Shown: positions 1 to 10,282, counted from the first letter of the stretch. The stretch is 64,000 bases of DNA from Vulcanimicrobiota bacterium (GCA_963795855.1 CAWCIZ010000001.1:320001-384000), one strand, 5' to 3'. Notes: generated by a model from the letters alone, not told the origin. Numbers and translations: made by a program.

Positions 1-64
1 TTATCGTGAGTGAACTTTTCGAACGACCCAGAGACACAATGTGCAGAAAGGAGTGACGGCAGTT

Positions 65-229
65 ATGATTTCCAGTATTAAAACCGGCATGCGCCCGCAT
101 GGGCTCGCAATTTTTACATGCACCGTCAATCCGAACGGCGGAGTGCTGCACATTGCGGAGTTGTTTCGAATCGAGGTTCGGCGCCTTAGGGCAAGCCGTC
201 AACCGCACCTTCGAAGCCTCCGCGAGTAA
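65..229 (+). CDS. putative short leader ORF (54 aa)
   Basis: AAAGGAG Shine-Dalgarno-like motif upstream of ATG 65; TAA stop lies in the loop of the hairpin at 214-244; no recognisable homology. Confidence 0.3.
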   Translation: MISSIKTGMRPHGLAIFTCTVNPNGGVLHIAELFRIEVRRLRASRQPHLRSLRE

Positions 230-244
230 TCCGGAGGCTTTTTT
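214..244 (+). terminator. intrinsic terminator-like hairpin
   Basis: AAGCCTCCG-loop-CGGAGGCTT followed by a T run. Confidence 0.65.
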
Positions 245-255
245 CATTCACAAAA

Positions 256-456
256 GTGAGGCGTATCATGGACCACTGGATAAGTGCGCACATCGATAGA
301 CGCCGCGACGAACTGCAAGCCGACGCCGCCCGCACCCGCATGATACGCATGCTGGAGAGCGGCCGAAGTATCAGCGTCCGCGGCCGCATTGCAGACGGAG
401 CTGACTCGCTCAGCACTGCATTAGCGAATCTGGCGCAGCGGTTGAGGACTTCCTAA
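256..456 (+). CDS. small hypothetical protein
   Basis: 66-aa helical-looking ORF (RRRDELQADAARTRMIR); start could be ATG 268. Confidence 0.5.
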   Translation: MRRIMDHWISAHIDRRRDELQADAARTRMIRMLESGRSISVRGRIADGADSLSTALANLAQRLRTS

Positions 457-1067
457 CGGGAGTCCTCTTCGCGCAGCAGCGCGTACAGCGCGTGATCGTG
501 AAACCGATCGCGCGATCGCTGCACTTCGCGCAGAATGCCTTCGAGCTGGAACCCTAAGCGCTCGGGAATCCGGCGGCTGCGAACGTTTTCCGTTTCCGCG
601 CGAATTTCGATACGGTGCAGATCGAGCGCTTCGAATGCGTATTCCGCGAGCAGATGGACGGCCCGCGTCATGATGCCGTGGCCGCTGTGTTCTTTGTCGA
701 GCCAGTAGCCGACGCGCGCATTGGCGTTCACCCAGTCGATCTGATGTAAGTCGATGGCGCCAATCGGCGTGCCGTGGCGCCAAATGCCGGCTTTGAACGC
801 GGTGTGTTCGTACGCTTCCTTTTCGGCTGCGCGCAAAAATCCGTACGTGTCCGAAACGTCGATGACGCGATCGATCCACGGCATCCACGGCGCCAGATGT
901 TCGCGGTTGCGAATCGTCACGTCGTAGAGCGAATCGGCGTCTTGCACGCGAAGAAGACGCACCTCGGTGCGCTCGTCGACGTGCAGGCAGAAGTCAACGA
1001 GCGCCGCCGTTATACGCGGCGGCCGAATTACAGATTCCCGAGGTCCGGTGGCGTCGGCTGCGTCCAT
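453..1067 (-). CDS. GNAT acetyltransferase, RimJ/RimL family
   Basis: NREHLAPWMPW, ARVGYWLD, GHGIMT, NVRSRRIPERLGF motifs; true start probably nearer 1000. Confidence 0.9.
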   Translation of the reverse strand: MDAADATGPRESVIRPPRITAALVDFCLHVDERTEVRLLRVQDADSLYDVTIRNREHLAPWMPWIDRVIDVSDTYGFLRAAEKEAYEHTAFKAGIWRHGTPIGAIDLHQIDWVNANARVGYWLDKEHSGHGIMTRAVHLLAEYAFEALDLHRIEIRAETENVRSRRIPERLGFQLEGILREVQRSRDRFHDHALYALLREEDSR

Positions 1068-2449
1068 ATCGTCGTAAAGGTTTTCAGCGTGGCTTGCGAA
1101 CTTACTGCTTGCCCGAGCGCGCGTTGTGAAAGCGCCAAGCCGTAGAGCGCGCGCGGATCGTTCGGGTAGCGCGTCAGCGCAGCTTCGAACGCAGTTTGCG
1201 CTTGGTCGTAGCGCTTTTGCCGGTAGTAGAACGCGCCCAGCGCCTCTGCCGCGGGAAATACCGGCAACTGTTCGGCGCCGTCTTCGCGCTGCTGATAGGC
1301 GATCGCGCGCGTAAGCGCGTCAACGGCGGCATCGGTTCGCCCATCGTGCTCGTCGATCGCCGCTGCGAGCAGCCACCGGTAATCGCCATCGATGTTTCCG
1401 TATAGCGCCAGCATTTTGCGAGCATCGTCCATCACGCCGAAATGCACGTCGGTCAATCCTCGCGCGAGCGGAGCGTAGAACTCATTCGTCGCGCCCGACG
1501 AAGCGATGCGCTGCCACTGTCCAAAGCGCGCCCAGGTTGCCCACAGATCGCTGCCTTCGTATTCATGACCGACGCGCGCGGCCCACGCTTCCGCAACGTG
1601 CAGATCTCCGAGCATCAGCGCGTTCGTCCATCCGGTGTACGCGTCGTGCGCGCCGTAATGCAGTTTGAACGGCCGATCGGTTTGCGCGTTCCATTGCTCG
1701 CGCAGGCGCCAGGCGGTCTCGCTTACCGCCAGGGCCTTCGCGTACTCGCCGACTTCCGTATACGTGTGCGCGGGCATATGCGCGAGGTGCTCTTCGGCGG
1801 GATCGAGCGTCCATGTTGCCACGCGATCTGCGCACACAAGTGCGGGACCGCGGTCTGCCGCGTAATCGTACGCGTGCATGCACAAGTGATTGGCGAATAC
1901 GTGGTTTGGATCGCGAGCCAGGACACGTGTGATAATTGCGACCGCATCGGCATCGGGATGTTCGACACCGCTGTGCTCGAGCAGCGCCTCGGCATCCAAC
2001 ATGGCCGCATCGTCGTCTTGCGGATAGGCCGACACCAGCGCCGCCATCGCCGCGCGGTATTGCGCTTCGGCGCCGTCGTGCTGTTCGTAGATGCCGCCGT
2101 AGCGTTTCGCAGCCGCATCGATGTACGCGCGTTCCTCCGGCGAGGCATAGCGTTGGAGCGAGAGTGCGTGAAGTGCGGCTGCGTGTGCGCGCGCGAAGCG
2201 GGCCGGATCGAGCGGCGTGTTGAGATCGGTACCGTTGGCGAGCGCTTCGCCCCAAGCCGCGATCGCGAGGTGCGGGTCATGGCGCAGCGCCGCCTGAAAC
2301 GCGAGGTTCGCCGCATCGCCGTCGTAGGTGTACAGCAGCGTAAGGCCGCGATCGAACGCCGCTTGCGCTTGCGCATCGCGCGTCGTTACCGGATGATGAG
2401 CGCTCGGGGTGAAAGCGAGCGCGGCTGCCAGGGCGAGGGCGGCTATCAC
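1028..2449 (-). CDS. secreted TPR-repeat protein
   Basis: GTG 2449 overlaps the TopIB stop; signal peptide; AQAAFDRGL, HLAHMPAHTY and C-terminal TPR-like repeats. Confidence 0.8.
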   Translation of the reverse strand: MIAALALAAALAFTPSAHHPVTTRDAQAQAAFDRGLTLLYTYDGDAANLAFQAALRHDPHLAIAAWGEALANGTDLNTPLDPARFARAHAAALHALSLQRYASPEERAYIDAAAKRYGGIYEQHDGAEAQYRAAMAALVSAYPQDDDAAMLDAEALLEHSGVEHPDADAVAIITRVLARDPNHVFANHLCMHAYDYAADRGPALVCADRVATWTLDPAEEHLAHMPAHTYTEVGEYAKALAVSETAWRLREQWNAQTDRPFKLHYGAHDAYTGWTNALMLGDLHVAEAWAARVGHEYEGSDLWATWARFGQWQRIASSGATNEFYAPLARGLTDVHFGVMDDARKMLALYGNIDGDYRWLLAAAIDEHDGRTDAAVDALTRAIAYQQREDGAEQLPVFPAAEALGAFYYRQKRYDQAQTAFEAALTRYPNDPRALYGLALSQRALGQAVSSQATLKTFTTIWTQPTPPDLGNL

Positions 2450-3558
2450 GCCGCTTTCTTCTTGCGTCCCTTCAACGATTGCTTCAATTGGCGAACGGTT
2501 CGTGAACTGTCGGTTTCCTTCGCTCGCTCGCGCAGCAGGGCAAGAACGAATACCTCGTCCGGAAGCAGTCCGTCGGTGTGGCGCATCGCTGCCGGTGCAG
2601 AGATGGCGCCGTGTTCGAGATATGCGTCCACAACCTCGGGGTGCACGTAGCATTTGCGGCACACCGCGGGTGTGTTGCCGAGGCGTTGCGCGACGTCTTT
2701 GATGACGTCCGTCAACCGCTGCTTGCGCTCGGTTTGCGTCTCCGCTGCTTCCAGCTGCGCGAGCAGCGATGCGCAGGTTACGGTACCCAACCACGTGCGA
2801 AAATCTTTCGCGGAAAATTCTTCGTCCGAAATCGCCCGAATGTAGTCGTTGACGTCCGACGAGTCGATCGCGCGCGTCGCGCCATCGTCGTCGACGTACT
2901 CGAAGAGTTGTTGTCCCGGCAAATCTTGGCATTTGCGAATGATGCGCGCGAGGCGGTTGTCGCGCAAATCGATCGCGTGACGCACGCCGCTCTTTCCGCG
3001 AAACGAGAAGCGTACAGTCGAGCCTTGCACTTTCGCGTGCTTGTTTTGCAGCGTGGTCAGTCCGAAGGAGCCGTTGTCTTTGGCGTATTCGTCGTTGCCG
3101 ACACGAATCGCCGTGCTTTCCAGCAATTGCACCACGGTGGCCAGGACTTTTTCGCGCGGCAGTCCCGCAAGCGCCAAATCCGCTTCGACGCGTTTGCGGA
3201 TCGCCGGAAGCGCTTGCGCGAACGCGATCATGCGCCCGTATTTCGTTTCATCGCGGATTTCACGCCAGCGTTTATGGTAGCGATACTGCTTACGCCCGCG
3301 GGCGTCGCGCCCGGTGGCCTGCAGATGACCGTTCTCAAGCGGACAGATCCACACGTCCGCATAAGCGGGCGGGACCGCCAGCGATTTGATGCGTGCCAGA
3401 TCTTTTTCATCGGTAATTTCTTTGCCGTCCGGGGCAACGTACGCGAAATGCTTTCCGCGCGCGATGCGTTTGATGCCGGGCATCGCATCGCTCACGTAGC
3501 GAAGCCCGGCGGCTTTCGCCGCGGCGACCGGATCCGCGAGCGTTTCAGGAGCGGTCAT
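2446..3558 (-). CDS. DNA topoisomerase IB
   Basis: GRKQYRY, IRVGNDEYAK, FRGKSG, SAKDFRTW and LGNTPAVCRKCY (catalytic Tyr) motifs; ATG 3558. Confidence 0.93.
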   Translation of the reverse strand: MTAPETLADPVAAAKAAGLRYVSDAMPGIKRIARGKHFAYVAPDGKEITDEKDLARIKSLAVPPAYADVWICPLENGHLQATGRDARGRKQYRYHKRWREIRDETKYGRMIAFAQALPAIRKRVEADLALAGLPREKVLATVVQLLESTAIRVGNDEYAKDNGSFGLTTLQNKHAKVQGSTVRFSFRGKSGVRHAIDLRDNRLARIIRKCQDLPGQQLFEYVDDDGATRAIDSSDVNDYIRAISDEEFSAKDFRTWLGTVTCASLLAQLEAAETQTERKQRLTDVIKDVAQRLGNTPAVCRKCYVHPEVVDAYLEHGAISAPAAMRHTDGLLPDEVFVLALLRERAKETDSSRTVRQLKQSLKGRKKKAA

Positions 3559-4082
3559 GCGGCCTGACCATCGTAGCGCAGTGTGCCGCCGGCGCGGCGA
3601 ACGCCTTGCGTCAACGCGTGCGGCTGCAGCCGGCCGTTCGCCATGAGGTGCCGCACGTCGATGCCGTGCAGCAGTACGGCAGCGTCGGAAATGAGCCGGC
3701 GGTGGCACCGCCACCACAACGTTTCCGAGCACATGATTGCCGTTTTGCGATGCGACAACGAGTCGACCAGCGAATTCAGGGCGCTCAAAAACCGTTCCGT
3801 TTCCATGTAATCGGCGTATCCGCGAAATGACGGATTGCGCAGCGCCGTATGATGTGAACTCGGTTGCGGGGTGCGGAATCCGCCGAGATCGCGCTCCCAA
3901 ACGTACTCCGCTCCCGCTTCCGCGGGAACCCAGATCGCCATCTTGTCGCCCCACACCCATGGGTGGACGCGACTTTTCGGAACCGTGCGGACATCCACCA
4001 CGCGAGCGATGCCGGCCGCCTGTATCAGGCTTGCGAGTTCGTCCTGCGTAAGTGTGCCGTGCCCGAACGTCAGAAGTTCCAC
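3555..4082 (-). CDS. DUF488 family protein
   Basis: TFGHG, VDVRTVPKSR, LGGFR, IMCSETLWWRCHRRLISD motifs. Confidence 0.88.
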   Translation of the reverse strand: MELLTFGHGTLTQDELASLIQAAGIARVVDVRTVPKSRVHPWVWGDKMAIWVPAEAGAEYVWERDLGGFRTPQPSSHHTALRNPSFRGYADYMETERFLSALNSLVDSLSHRKTAIMCSETLWWRCHRRLISDAAVLLHGIDVRHLMANGRLQPHALTQGVRRAGGTLRYDGQAA

Positions 4083-4246
4083 GTCTACCTGTATATCCGC
4101 TAGCCGCCGCTTTCATACTTGAAGACGCTCTCAATGCGGTCGGTGCATGGCGGCCGTTCGGCCGGTCAGCGCGTCAATGGCATTCGAGCAAGCCGGTAGA
4201 CAGGTGGACGCGCGGTAGCGTAAAATAGCCCGGTCCCCGACAGCAT

Positions 4247-4321
4247 GGGCGCGTAGCTCAGTGGGAGAGCATCCGCTTCACACGCGGGGGGTCGTTGGTT
4301 CAATCCCAACCGTGCCCACCA
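4247..4321 (+). tRNA. tRNA-Val(CAC)
   Basis: cloverleaf GGGCGCG...CGTGCCC-ACCA, anticodon loop TTCACAC, GGTTCAA T-loop. Confidence 0.95.
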
Positions 4322-4392
4322 TTTTGTCGCAGACACGCTTAGAGGTCCGAGTCCGGCGGAGTGCCAATAGTGCTCGCCGGTCTCATGGCGAT

Positions 4393-4469
4393 GGCGCTGT
4401 AGCTCAGTTGGTTAGAGCGCCGCCCTGTCACGGCGGAGGTCGAGGGTTCGAGCCCCTTCAGCGTCGCCA
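4393..4469 (+). tRNA. tRNA-Asp(GTC)
   Basis: cloverleaf GGCGCTG...CAGCGTC-GCCA, anticodon loop CTGTCAC. Confidence 0.96.
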
Positions 4470-4500
4470 TTTTTTCGGACCTCCAACAAGGTTCCGCAAA

Positions 4501-4532
4501 CGAAGAAGCCCCGTAAACACGAGGCTTTTTCG
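4501..4532 (+). terminator. terminator-like hairpin after tRNA-Asp
   Basis: CGAAGAAGCCCCG...CGAGGCTTTTTCG imperfect inverted repeat. Confidence 0.55.
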
Positions 4533-4618
4533 TCTTTTACGGGGCCACGCGCTAAGGCCCGCGAGATGGGAGTATGCCTTTTTGCTGACTACAAAGAACG
4601 ACATAGAATCGCCGGCGC

Positions 4619-4855
4619 TCACGAGTGAAATGCAACAATCAACAGCACCACTACGGCAGCGAGGACTACCGCGCCGCCGATTACCGTAGACAGCACGACC
4701 ATGCCACCGCCGATAAAGCGTATCGCCGGCACACTCGGGTAAAAACGGGACGACTTCAGCCAACCCTCGGCATGGCGTCCAAGCAGAACGATGAACAAAC
4801 CGACGAGCACCCAAAAGCCGCAAATGAAAACTGCGAGCAGCATCATCGGATTCAT
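4619..4855 (-). CDS. small two-TM membrane protein
   Basis: 78 aa with two long hydrophobic segments. Confidence 0.55.
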   Translation of the reverse strand: MNPMMLLAVFICGFWVLVGLFIVLLGRHAEGWLKSSRFYPSVPAIRFIGGGMVVLSTVIGGAVVLAAVVVLLIVAFHS

Positions 4856-5128
4856 TAGGCTTGCGCGTCATCTTGAGGCGCAGGTAGTAATTCCGATAAC
4901 TTTTCGGCTTCTATGCTGGCCCTCTCGATCGCCTTCGGATCTCAGCTATTACTTTCGCGTACTGACTAATCTCCTCGTCCTCGATGCTCTCAGCGGCACC
5001 GCTCGCCTACACGTCAAAGGAGTAGCCTTTGCGAATGCGGTTTCAAAATCTCCTAAGCGATACGTGAAGTCTGTTTCGGAGAGCGTTACATTCTTTAGTG
5101 GTTGCGTCACCAAGTTGCCTTCTTGTGT

Positions 5129-5603
5129 TTATTGACGGTGTGTGAAGGCTTCCGTAGGCGAAACATCGAGCCCGCGTGAGTTCACCCAGTGAACAACGTC
5201 GGCGCCGTCTTGCAAATTGTAGGCCGTGCACTCTGAAATACAATGGAACGAGTGGACGCGCCGCGCCGGTAAGTAGACATAATCACCGGCGTGCAAAGTG
5301 ACGGGTGCTTCTCCTTTGAATTGATGCGACCCGTATCCGCTTATGAGGATTAGCTGCGTATTTGCGGCGTGCCAGTGTGGTGGAATCATGCATCCCGATG
5401 CTATTTTGGCAATCTCCACGGAAGCGCCTCGGCGCGGATCCCCTTCCACCATGGCGACGCGCACGCACGGCGGCAAGAACGGCACTTTAACGAAGCGGGC
5501 GCTTTGGAGTGAAGAGACGTGGGCTGCGGGAGGCTTCTGCGGCCGCCACTCCCGACACCGCAATGATGCCGAGGAGGAGAAACACATATATGGTCGGTCT
5601 CAT
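5129..5603 (-). pseudogene. secreted cupin-domain protein, frameshifted
   Basis: AGGAGG then ATG 5603 gives signal peptide MRPTIYVFLLLGIIAVSGVAAAEA; frameshift near 5535 into the cupin frame (IPPHWH, LHAGDYVYLPARRVHSFHC). Confidence 0.7.
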
Positions 5604-5642
5604 GACGAACCTCCTAATCGTGTGTTCCGGCTAGGGTTCCGT

Positions 5643-5694
5643 CGCCCTGTCACGGCGGAGGTCGAGGGTTCGAGCCCCTTCAGCGTCGCCATTT
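5643..5694 (+). repeat. direct repeat of tRNA-Asp 3' half (att-like), copy 2
   Basis: identical to 4421-4472 (anticodon arm through CCA plus TTT). Confidence 0.95.
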
Positions 5695-5696
5695 AA

Positions 5697-5732
5697 AAAG
5701 AAGCCTCGGTGCATATGCGCTGGGGCTTCTTT
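5697..5732. terminator. bidirectional terminator-like hairpin
   Basis: AAAGAAGCCTCGGTGCAT/ATGCGCTGGGGCTTCTTT inverted repeat. Confidence 0.65.
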
Positions 5733-5734
5733 GT

Positions 5735-6249
5735 TATTTCGCAGCGGCCGGATCGCTGAGCAATTTGCCCGCTCCAACAGCTGCCGAAAGAACGTTTCGA
5801 ACTCCGGATCCAATGCTTGCGCTCGACCGCATTTTCAAAGATTGCTTGTGCGATCGGCATGCGCGCAACCGGCGCGAACGCCGATACCCAAGTGCGCCAG
5901 CGGTGATCGTCCACTGAGCGACCGTTTGCGTAAGAAATAGATGTCCTGCAAGCCGTCAATCCCATTGCGAACGAACATCATTGATTGCAGGTACTCGGGG
6001 TCGTGGTAAGCGCAACTCGCCGATTGTGGGATCGCCGGAGAGATATTCCTTCAACGCTATCGGGCGATCAGTGAGTTGAGCCCGTATATCGTAGATGCGC
6101 TGCACCATGGCGTTTTGAATCTCCATAGTGGCCGCCCTATGCGCCGCATCCGCCTGACGCTTCACTTGAAGTGCTTGCGTGCGAGTATAAACCAACGAAA
6201 TGATGCCGACGCCTATGCCGGACAACCCGAAGACAATGCCCAGGTCCAT
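5735..6249 (-). pseudogene. N-terminal TM hypothetical protein broken by several frameshifts
   Basis: MDLGIVFGLSGIGVGIISLVY... appears to continue in other frames (GLQDIYFLRK; DDHRWRTWVSAFAPVARMP; DPEFETFFRQLLE); end approximate. Confidence 0.55.
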
Positions 6250-6281
6250 TTGATCGGCCCGCTTTCAACGCGTTAGCGGCG

Positions 6282-6335
6282 CGCCCTGTCACGGCGGAGG
6301 TCGAGGGTTCGAGCCCCTTCAGCATCGCCATTTTT
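6282..6335 (+). repeat. direct repeat of tRNA-Asp 3' half (att-like), copy 3
   Basis: matches 4421-4474 with one G>A change at 6324. Confidence 0.95.
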
Positions 6336-6367
6336 CCCCTAGAGTTCTGACCTCCGGGGGGCATAGA

Positions 6368-6395
6368 GAAAAGCCCTGATTTGTCGGGGCTTTTC
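6368..6395. terminator. terminator-like hairpin
   Basis: GAAAAGCCCTGA...TCGGGGCTTTTC inverted repeat. Confidence 0.6.
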
Positions 6396-6920
6396 GCGTC
6401 CTCTGGATACGGCTACAAGGCTGCACGTATGTGGTTCGCATGGACGCCTGACGAGGCACAGCGCTTGCCGATTACGCCGCGCACCTGATGTCGACGGGGA
6501 GAGGCTGCTTCTTGCCGATTAGCATGTCGGTGAACACGATTGATCAGCGGTGCTTGCTCTCTGAGTTCTGATCGCGTTTCCCTCGATGGAATACGAGCGA
6601 TTGCGTATGAGCAAGGCATTGTGCGCCGTGTTGGCACAATGCCAAGGTGGGATGAAGCGCCTTTCTGGTATTGATGCCCGCCTGGAAAAGCGAAGGGCGG
6701 GGATGCGGACATTCGCTGGACTAGGGTGAATTAACCACCGCTGCGAGGCATTGGCGCGCGGCAGATAGCGTACGCGGTGTCGCGACCGCAATAACATGAA
6801 CTCTAACAACGACGTCTTTGAATCGTTCCAGCGGCGGCGCATAGCATTTATGCGTGACTGGCGATGCGGAAGTGACGAGAAGCCGCGCAGCCCTACGATA
6901 TATGTTATAGTGAGCCGCGC

Positions 6921-7472
6921 TTGGACGTGTGCCCCTGTTGCGCATATCCGACTCTGCTCACGTCTCGCCAGTCAACGCACGCGTGTGAGCTGCGACGGCT
7001 GGTGCGATGATGGACAGGACGATCCTCGCTATCGAATAAGACCCGATTACTATGGCGCAGACGAGACAGCCGGGGTTCCCGACTGCGGTCCCAACTACAA
7101 TTACTCGCTGACGGAAGCGCGCCTGAACTTTTCGCGTTATCAGCAGAAGTACCGTCGCAACGACGATCATTTTGATCGCTACTAGCTGATGAAAGAGTGA
7201 GGACGGCACTGATCGCCGCATTCGATTCCCGACCGCCATCGGTCGAACCACAACGCTACATTTCGGCGTTGCCGAAGATCAATGCGATCTTTGGCAGCGC
7301 TCTACGAAGCGCCTCGGGGAAAGCCGTATCTGGGCGGCCAGAAGACGAAGGAATGATACGAGGCGCACAGAAGGCCAGAGCCGCGCGAGACGGGCTCTTC
7401 TGGCGCAGGCTGTACGAGAAGGCGGGCATCGACCCAAGCAGCGGGGCGATTAAGAAGCAGGTCAGCCGTTAG
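6921..7472 (+). pseudogene. CPCC-family cysteine-rich protein, fragmented
   Basis: LDVCPCCAYPTL in one frame, then WCDDGQDD...GPNYNYSLTEARLNF in another; stop at 7185 and a further fragment beyond. Confidence 0.65.
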
Positions 7473-8192
7473 TTATTCTCGTCACCCCGTCCGGTTCTGT
7501 TCTTTTCGGGCTGGATTCGCCCCCCCCAGATAGTAGGCCGCACACGAAATGCAGCGTGATGCGAATGTCAGCGCCGTCCACAGCGAGCGCATCAAACGGT
7601 CATCCTCGACTGCGTCGATCGACGATGCGCCCTCAAAAAACAAATAGGGACGTCGTAATTCTACGAGTCGAGAAATTGAGCGATTCTGCTGGAACCTCTT
7701 CGATAGAACGCTCTCTCAGTGCATAGCGCTCGATACGATCCGCTTTGCGCCACAGACCGCGGTCTTGTTCTGTCAAACCGCGGTAATCCACATGTGGAAC
7801 AGAGGCTGTTTCTTCATCGCGTGGGTATGCGCGAACGAAATGACTCAGCCTGTCAGGGGTGGCTATCAGGGGAGCGACGGCGTATGTTAAGTCCAGCGTT
7901 GTAGCCACTACGGCGTAGGCGCTTTCTGCGTTCCATGAGCCAGCGGTTCGCAGACATCGTTTCGCCGCGACGGAATATCCCAGAGCGGCATAGCGTCTAT
8001 GTGAAAGCCTGTGCTAGAGTCGCACTGCGAAGCCAAGAGCGACGATGGCACCTAGTCGATAGAAAAGCGTATTTCACTTTCGGTCACGGACTTTCTGCCC
8101 AAAGCCAGGAGTCTTCAAAGTGTGCTTTATGCCAACGCGGGCAATGAATCGGCATTTAAAACAAGTCGATGTTCTGCGCCGTGGTTTCTTCC

Positions 8193-8512
8193 TCACTCCT
8201 TGGGGACGAACGTCTGGAAATCTATGCCGCCGATTTTACCACTTGGATCGAAGGCAATGTGCTCGATAACCCTGCCGTTTCGGAACGTTATGGCAAATAC
8301 GTAACCGGTCGCGTCAGTTCCGCGCTTGTCACCGCGTCGAGTTGCGAGCGATCGACGTTTCCGGTTTGAAAGCGGTAGAACCACTCTTTGGCGAGCGCGA
8401 TGATGAACGGCTGAACCGGCCCCGTCGTGGCAGCCGGCGCGCTATCTTGAGCAAAGGCTGGAACGGTGCAAGCCGCAACGGCAATCAAGACCGCGTAGCA
8501 TAACTTAAGCAT
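8193..8512 (-). pseudogene. secreted hypothetical protein with internal frameshift or deletion
   Basis: signal peptide MLKLCYAVLIAVAACTVPAFA; AKEWFYRFQTGNVDRSQL then frame change to YVFAITFRNG...FDPSGKIGGIDF. Confidence 0.55.
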
Positions 8513-8577
8513 GAAATTAAGTACTAAACGGGTTGCGAGCGGCCTGAGATTTTGCGGCTGCATCTGCCTGAACCCGC

Positions 8578-9285
8578 CTAGTGCGCGAACCACGCGAAGT
8601 ACGGGTCACCTAAGAGTATAGCCGAGCTCGGCCGGATTTGCTTTGGTTTGTTTGGTGGTGCGAACGTCACGATGCGCGGGCCGGTTGGAAGAGCGTTTGT
8701 TACAACGTCAAGGATCCAGCTCGCAGCATCGGATCCACCCTCGCCGGCCGGGACCGATATGCGATCGATCGAGGCCGCGCGAACTTCAGATGTCGGGTGC
8801 GGCACGCTCGACCATAGCGCGTAATACCGAGCTCCGAGATACGCGTAGCGACCGCCGGTGCGCACCGGGACGAAGACGATCGGAACCGCCATACATCCCT
8901 TTTCAGCAAGCACGACGAACGCAACGACGTAAGGCAGGCGCGATCCGGCCTTCGGTACGATTGTAAGGTTTGTGGCGGCGCCGCATCCGTCGCCGGGACC
9001 ATCGACCGGCGCGTACGCGTGACCGGCGGCTAAAAACGGCGTAAGCGAAAGCACCTGCGGCGTCATGCCAGGCGCGGACACGCGCACGTATGCCGGCCCG
9101 AGCGCCGTGGCTTTGTATCGTTGGCCCGTCTCGTCGGGATGCTGCCAGCGCAGTTCGGCGGTCCAGTGCAGCGTCGCCCGCACGTCGTCGTACGTCTTGG
9201 TGGTAACGTGATGCGACGTCGAGATCAACGGTCCCAGCGTGAGCGAACAAGCCAAGAGCAGCGTCGACGAAATCGCCTGCGCCAT
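8578..9285 (-). CDS. secreted hypothetical protein
   Basis: 235-aa ORF, hydrophobic N-terminus, TAAGAT 6 nt upstream of ATG. Confidence 0.6.
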   Translation of the reverse strand: MAQAISSTLLLACSLTLGPLISTSHHVTTKTYDDVRATLHWTAELRWQHPDETGQRYKATALGPAYVRVSAPGMTPQVLSLTPFLAAGHAYAPVDGPGDGCGAATNLTIVPKAGSRLPYVVAFVVLAEKGCMAVPIVFVPVRTGGRYAYLGARYYALWSSVPHPTSEVRAASIDRISVPAGEGGSDAASWILDVVTNALPTGPRIVTFAPPNKPKQIRPSSAILLGDPYFAWFAH

Positions 9286-9313
9286 GCGCCTATCTTACCA
9301 TGCCGCTGATGCG

Positions 9314-10077
9314 TCAGGCGACGTCGGTCGTGCCGAGCTGCCGGATTCTTTTCAGCGTTTGGGCGGTTAGAGCGATGCTGTTTGCGATCTCTTCCGCTTG
9401 CGAGAGTTCTGCCAGCGCCGCTTCGTGCGCTTCACGGCATTTCGCGACGTGTATCTGCGCGTCGCGAGTCAAGACGCCCGCCAAGGCGGCGCGCTTTACG
9501 GCCTCCGTTGCGCGCGATTCAGTTTCAAGCAGTTTCGCCTTCGAGAGAGCCACGACGTCCTGCGCTTGGGCTAACCGCGCTTGCAGTTCTTTGACGGAGG
9601 CCTCCGCCGCGGTGAGTTCCTGTCGGACCGAAGCGACCTCGCCTTCCACCTTCGTTTGATAGGCTGCCGCTTTTTCGCTATTTCGAGCGTAGGCCGAAGC
9701 TTCGGCAGTCGCGGTTCGCTCGGCTTCGGCGGCTTGGGCCGCTGCTGCGCGTTTCTCGTCGAGCTTCAGGTTCTCACTCAACGAGCGTGCCTGTGCAGCC
9801 TCCTTCGCGAGCATTTCCTCGATGTGGCGCGCGTTTGCCAGCAGCTGTTCCAGCCTCTTGCGGTGTGCCTCCAGCTCTCCGCGCGCTGCGCCGGTAACGG
9901 GCGGTTCGGCGGAAATCGGCGCTGCCCCGGCGGTTTCGGCAAAATGAATCTGCTCGATCTCGCAAGGCTGATCGTTTTCCCGCTCGCTGATGTGAACTCC
10001 GTGAGCACCTCGTCGAGGTCCGGAGCCGAATCGTTTCCTAGACGTGACGAGCGGGAGCCGAACGCGCGGCTCACCAT
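9314..10077 (-). CDS. Ala/Glu-rich coiled-coil protein, probable frameshift in 5' part
   Basis: 9314-9814 frame is heptad-like and stays open upstream without a start; plausible ATG 10077 is in another frame. Confidence 0.55.
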
Positions 10078-10282
10078 GCCCCGTAAGGAGGTATCTTCAA
10101 TATTTCGCTTAGGGTGCAAGGCCGTAATTGCACCTCCGTTGCCGTGGTTCGAAAGACTCCCCCTCCAAGGATAATCGGCAGAACCGGCGGCCATTGTAGG
10201 CACAGGCCTCTTCCCACGGCCGAGCCCGTGACTTTCCCCACGCAGCGCCGCAGAAGCGCCTTGCCGCGGGGCCTAAAGGCCG

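Noticed and set aside
2446..3558. Phage-type integrase for the tRNA island
   Set aside because: Motifs match bacterial TopIB, and it sits in an operon on the other side of the tRNAs
5643..6335. Extra functional tRNA-Asp genes
   Set aside because: Both copies lack a pairing 5' acceptor strand and an intact D-arm
6413..6945. Short ORFs after the third tRNA repeat
   Set aside because: No recognisable motif or consistent frame; cannot be supported as genes
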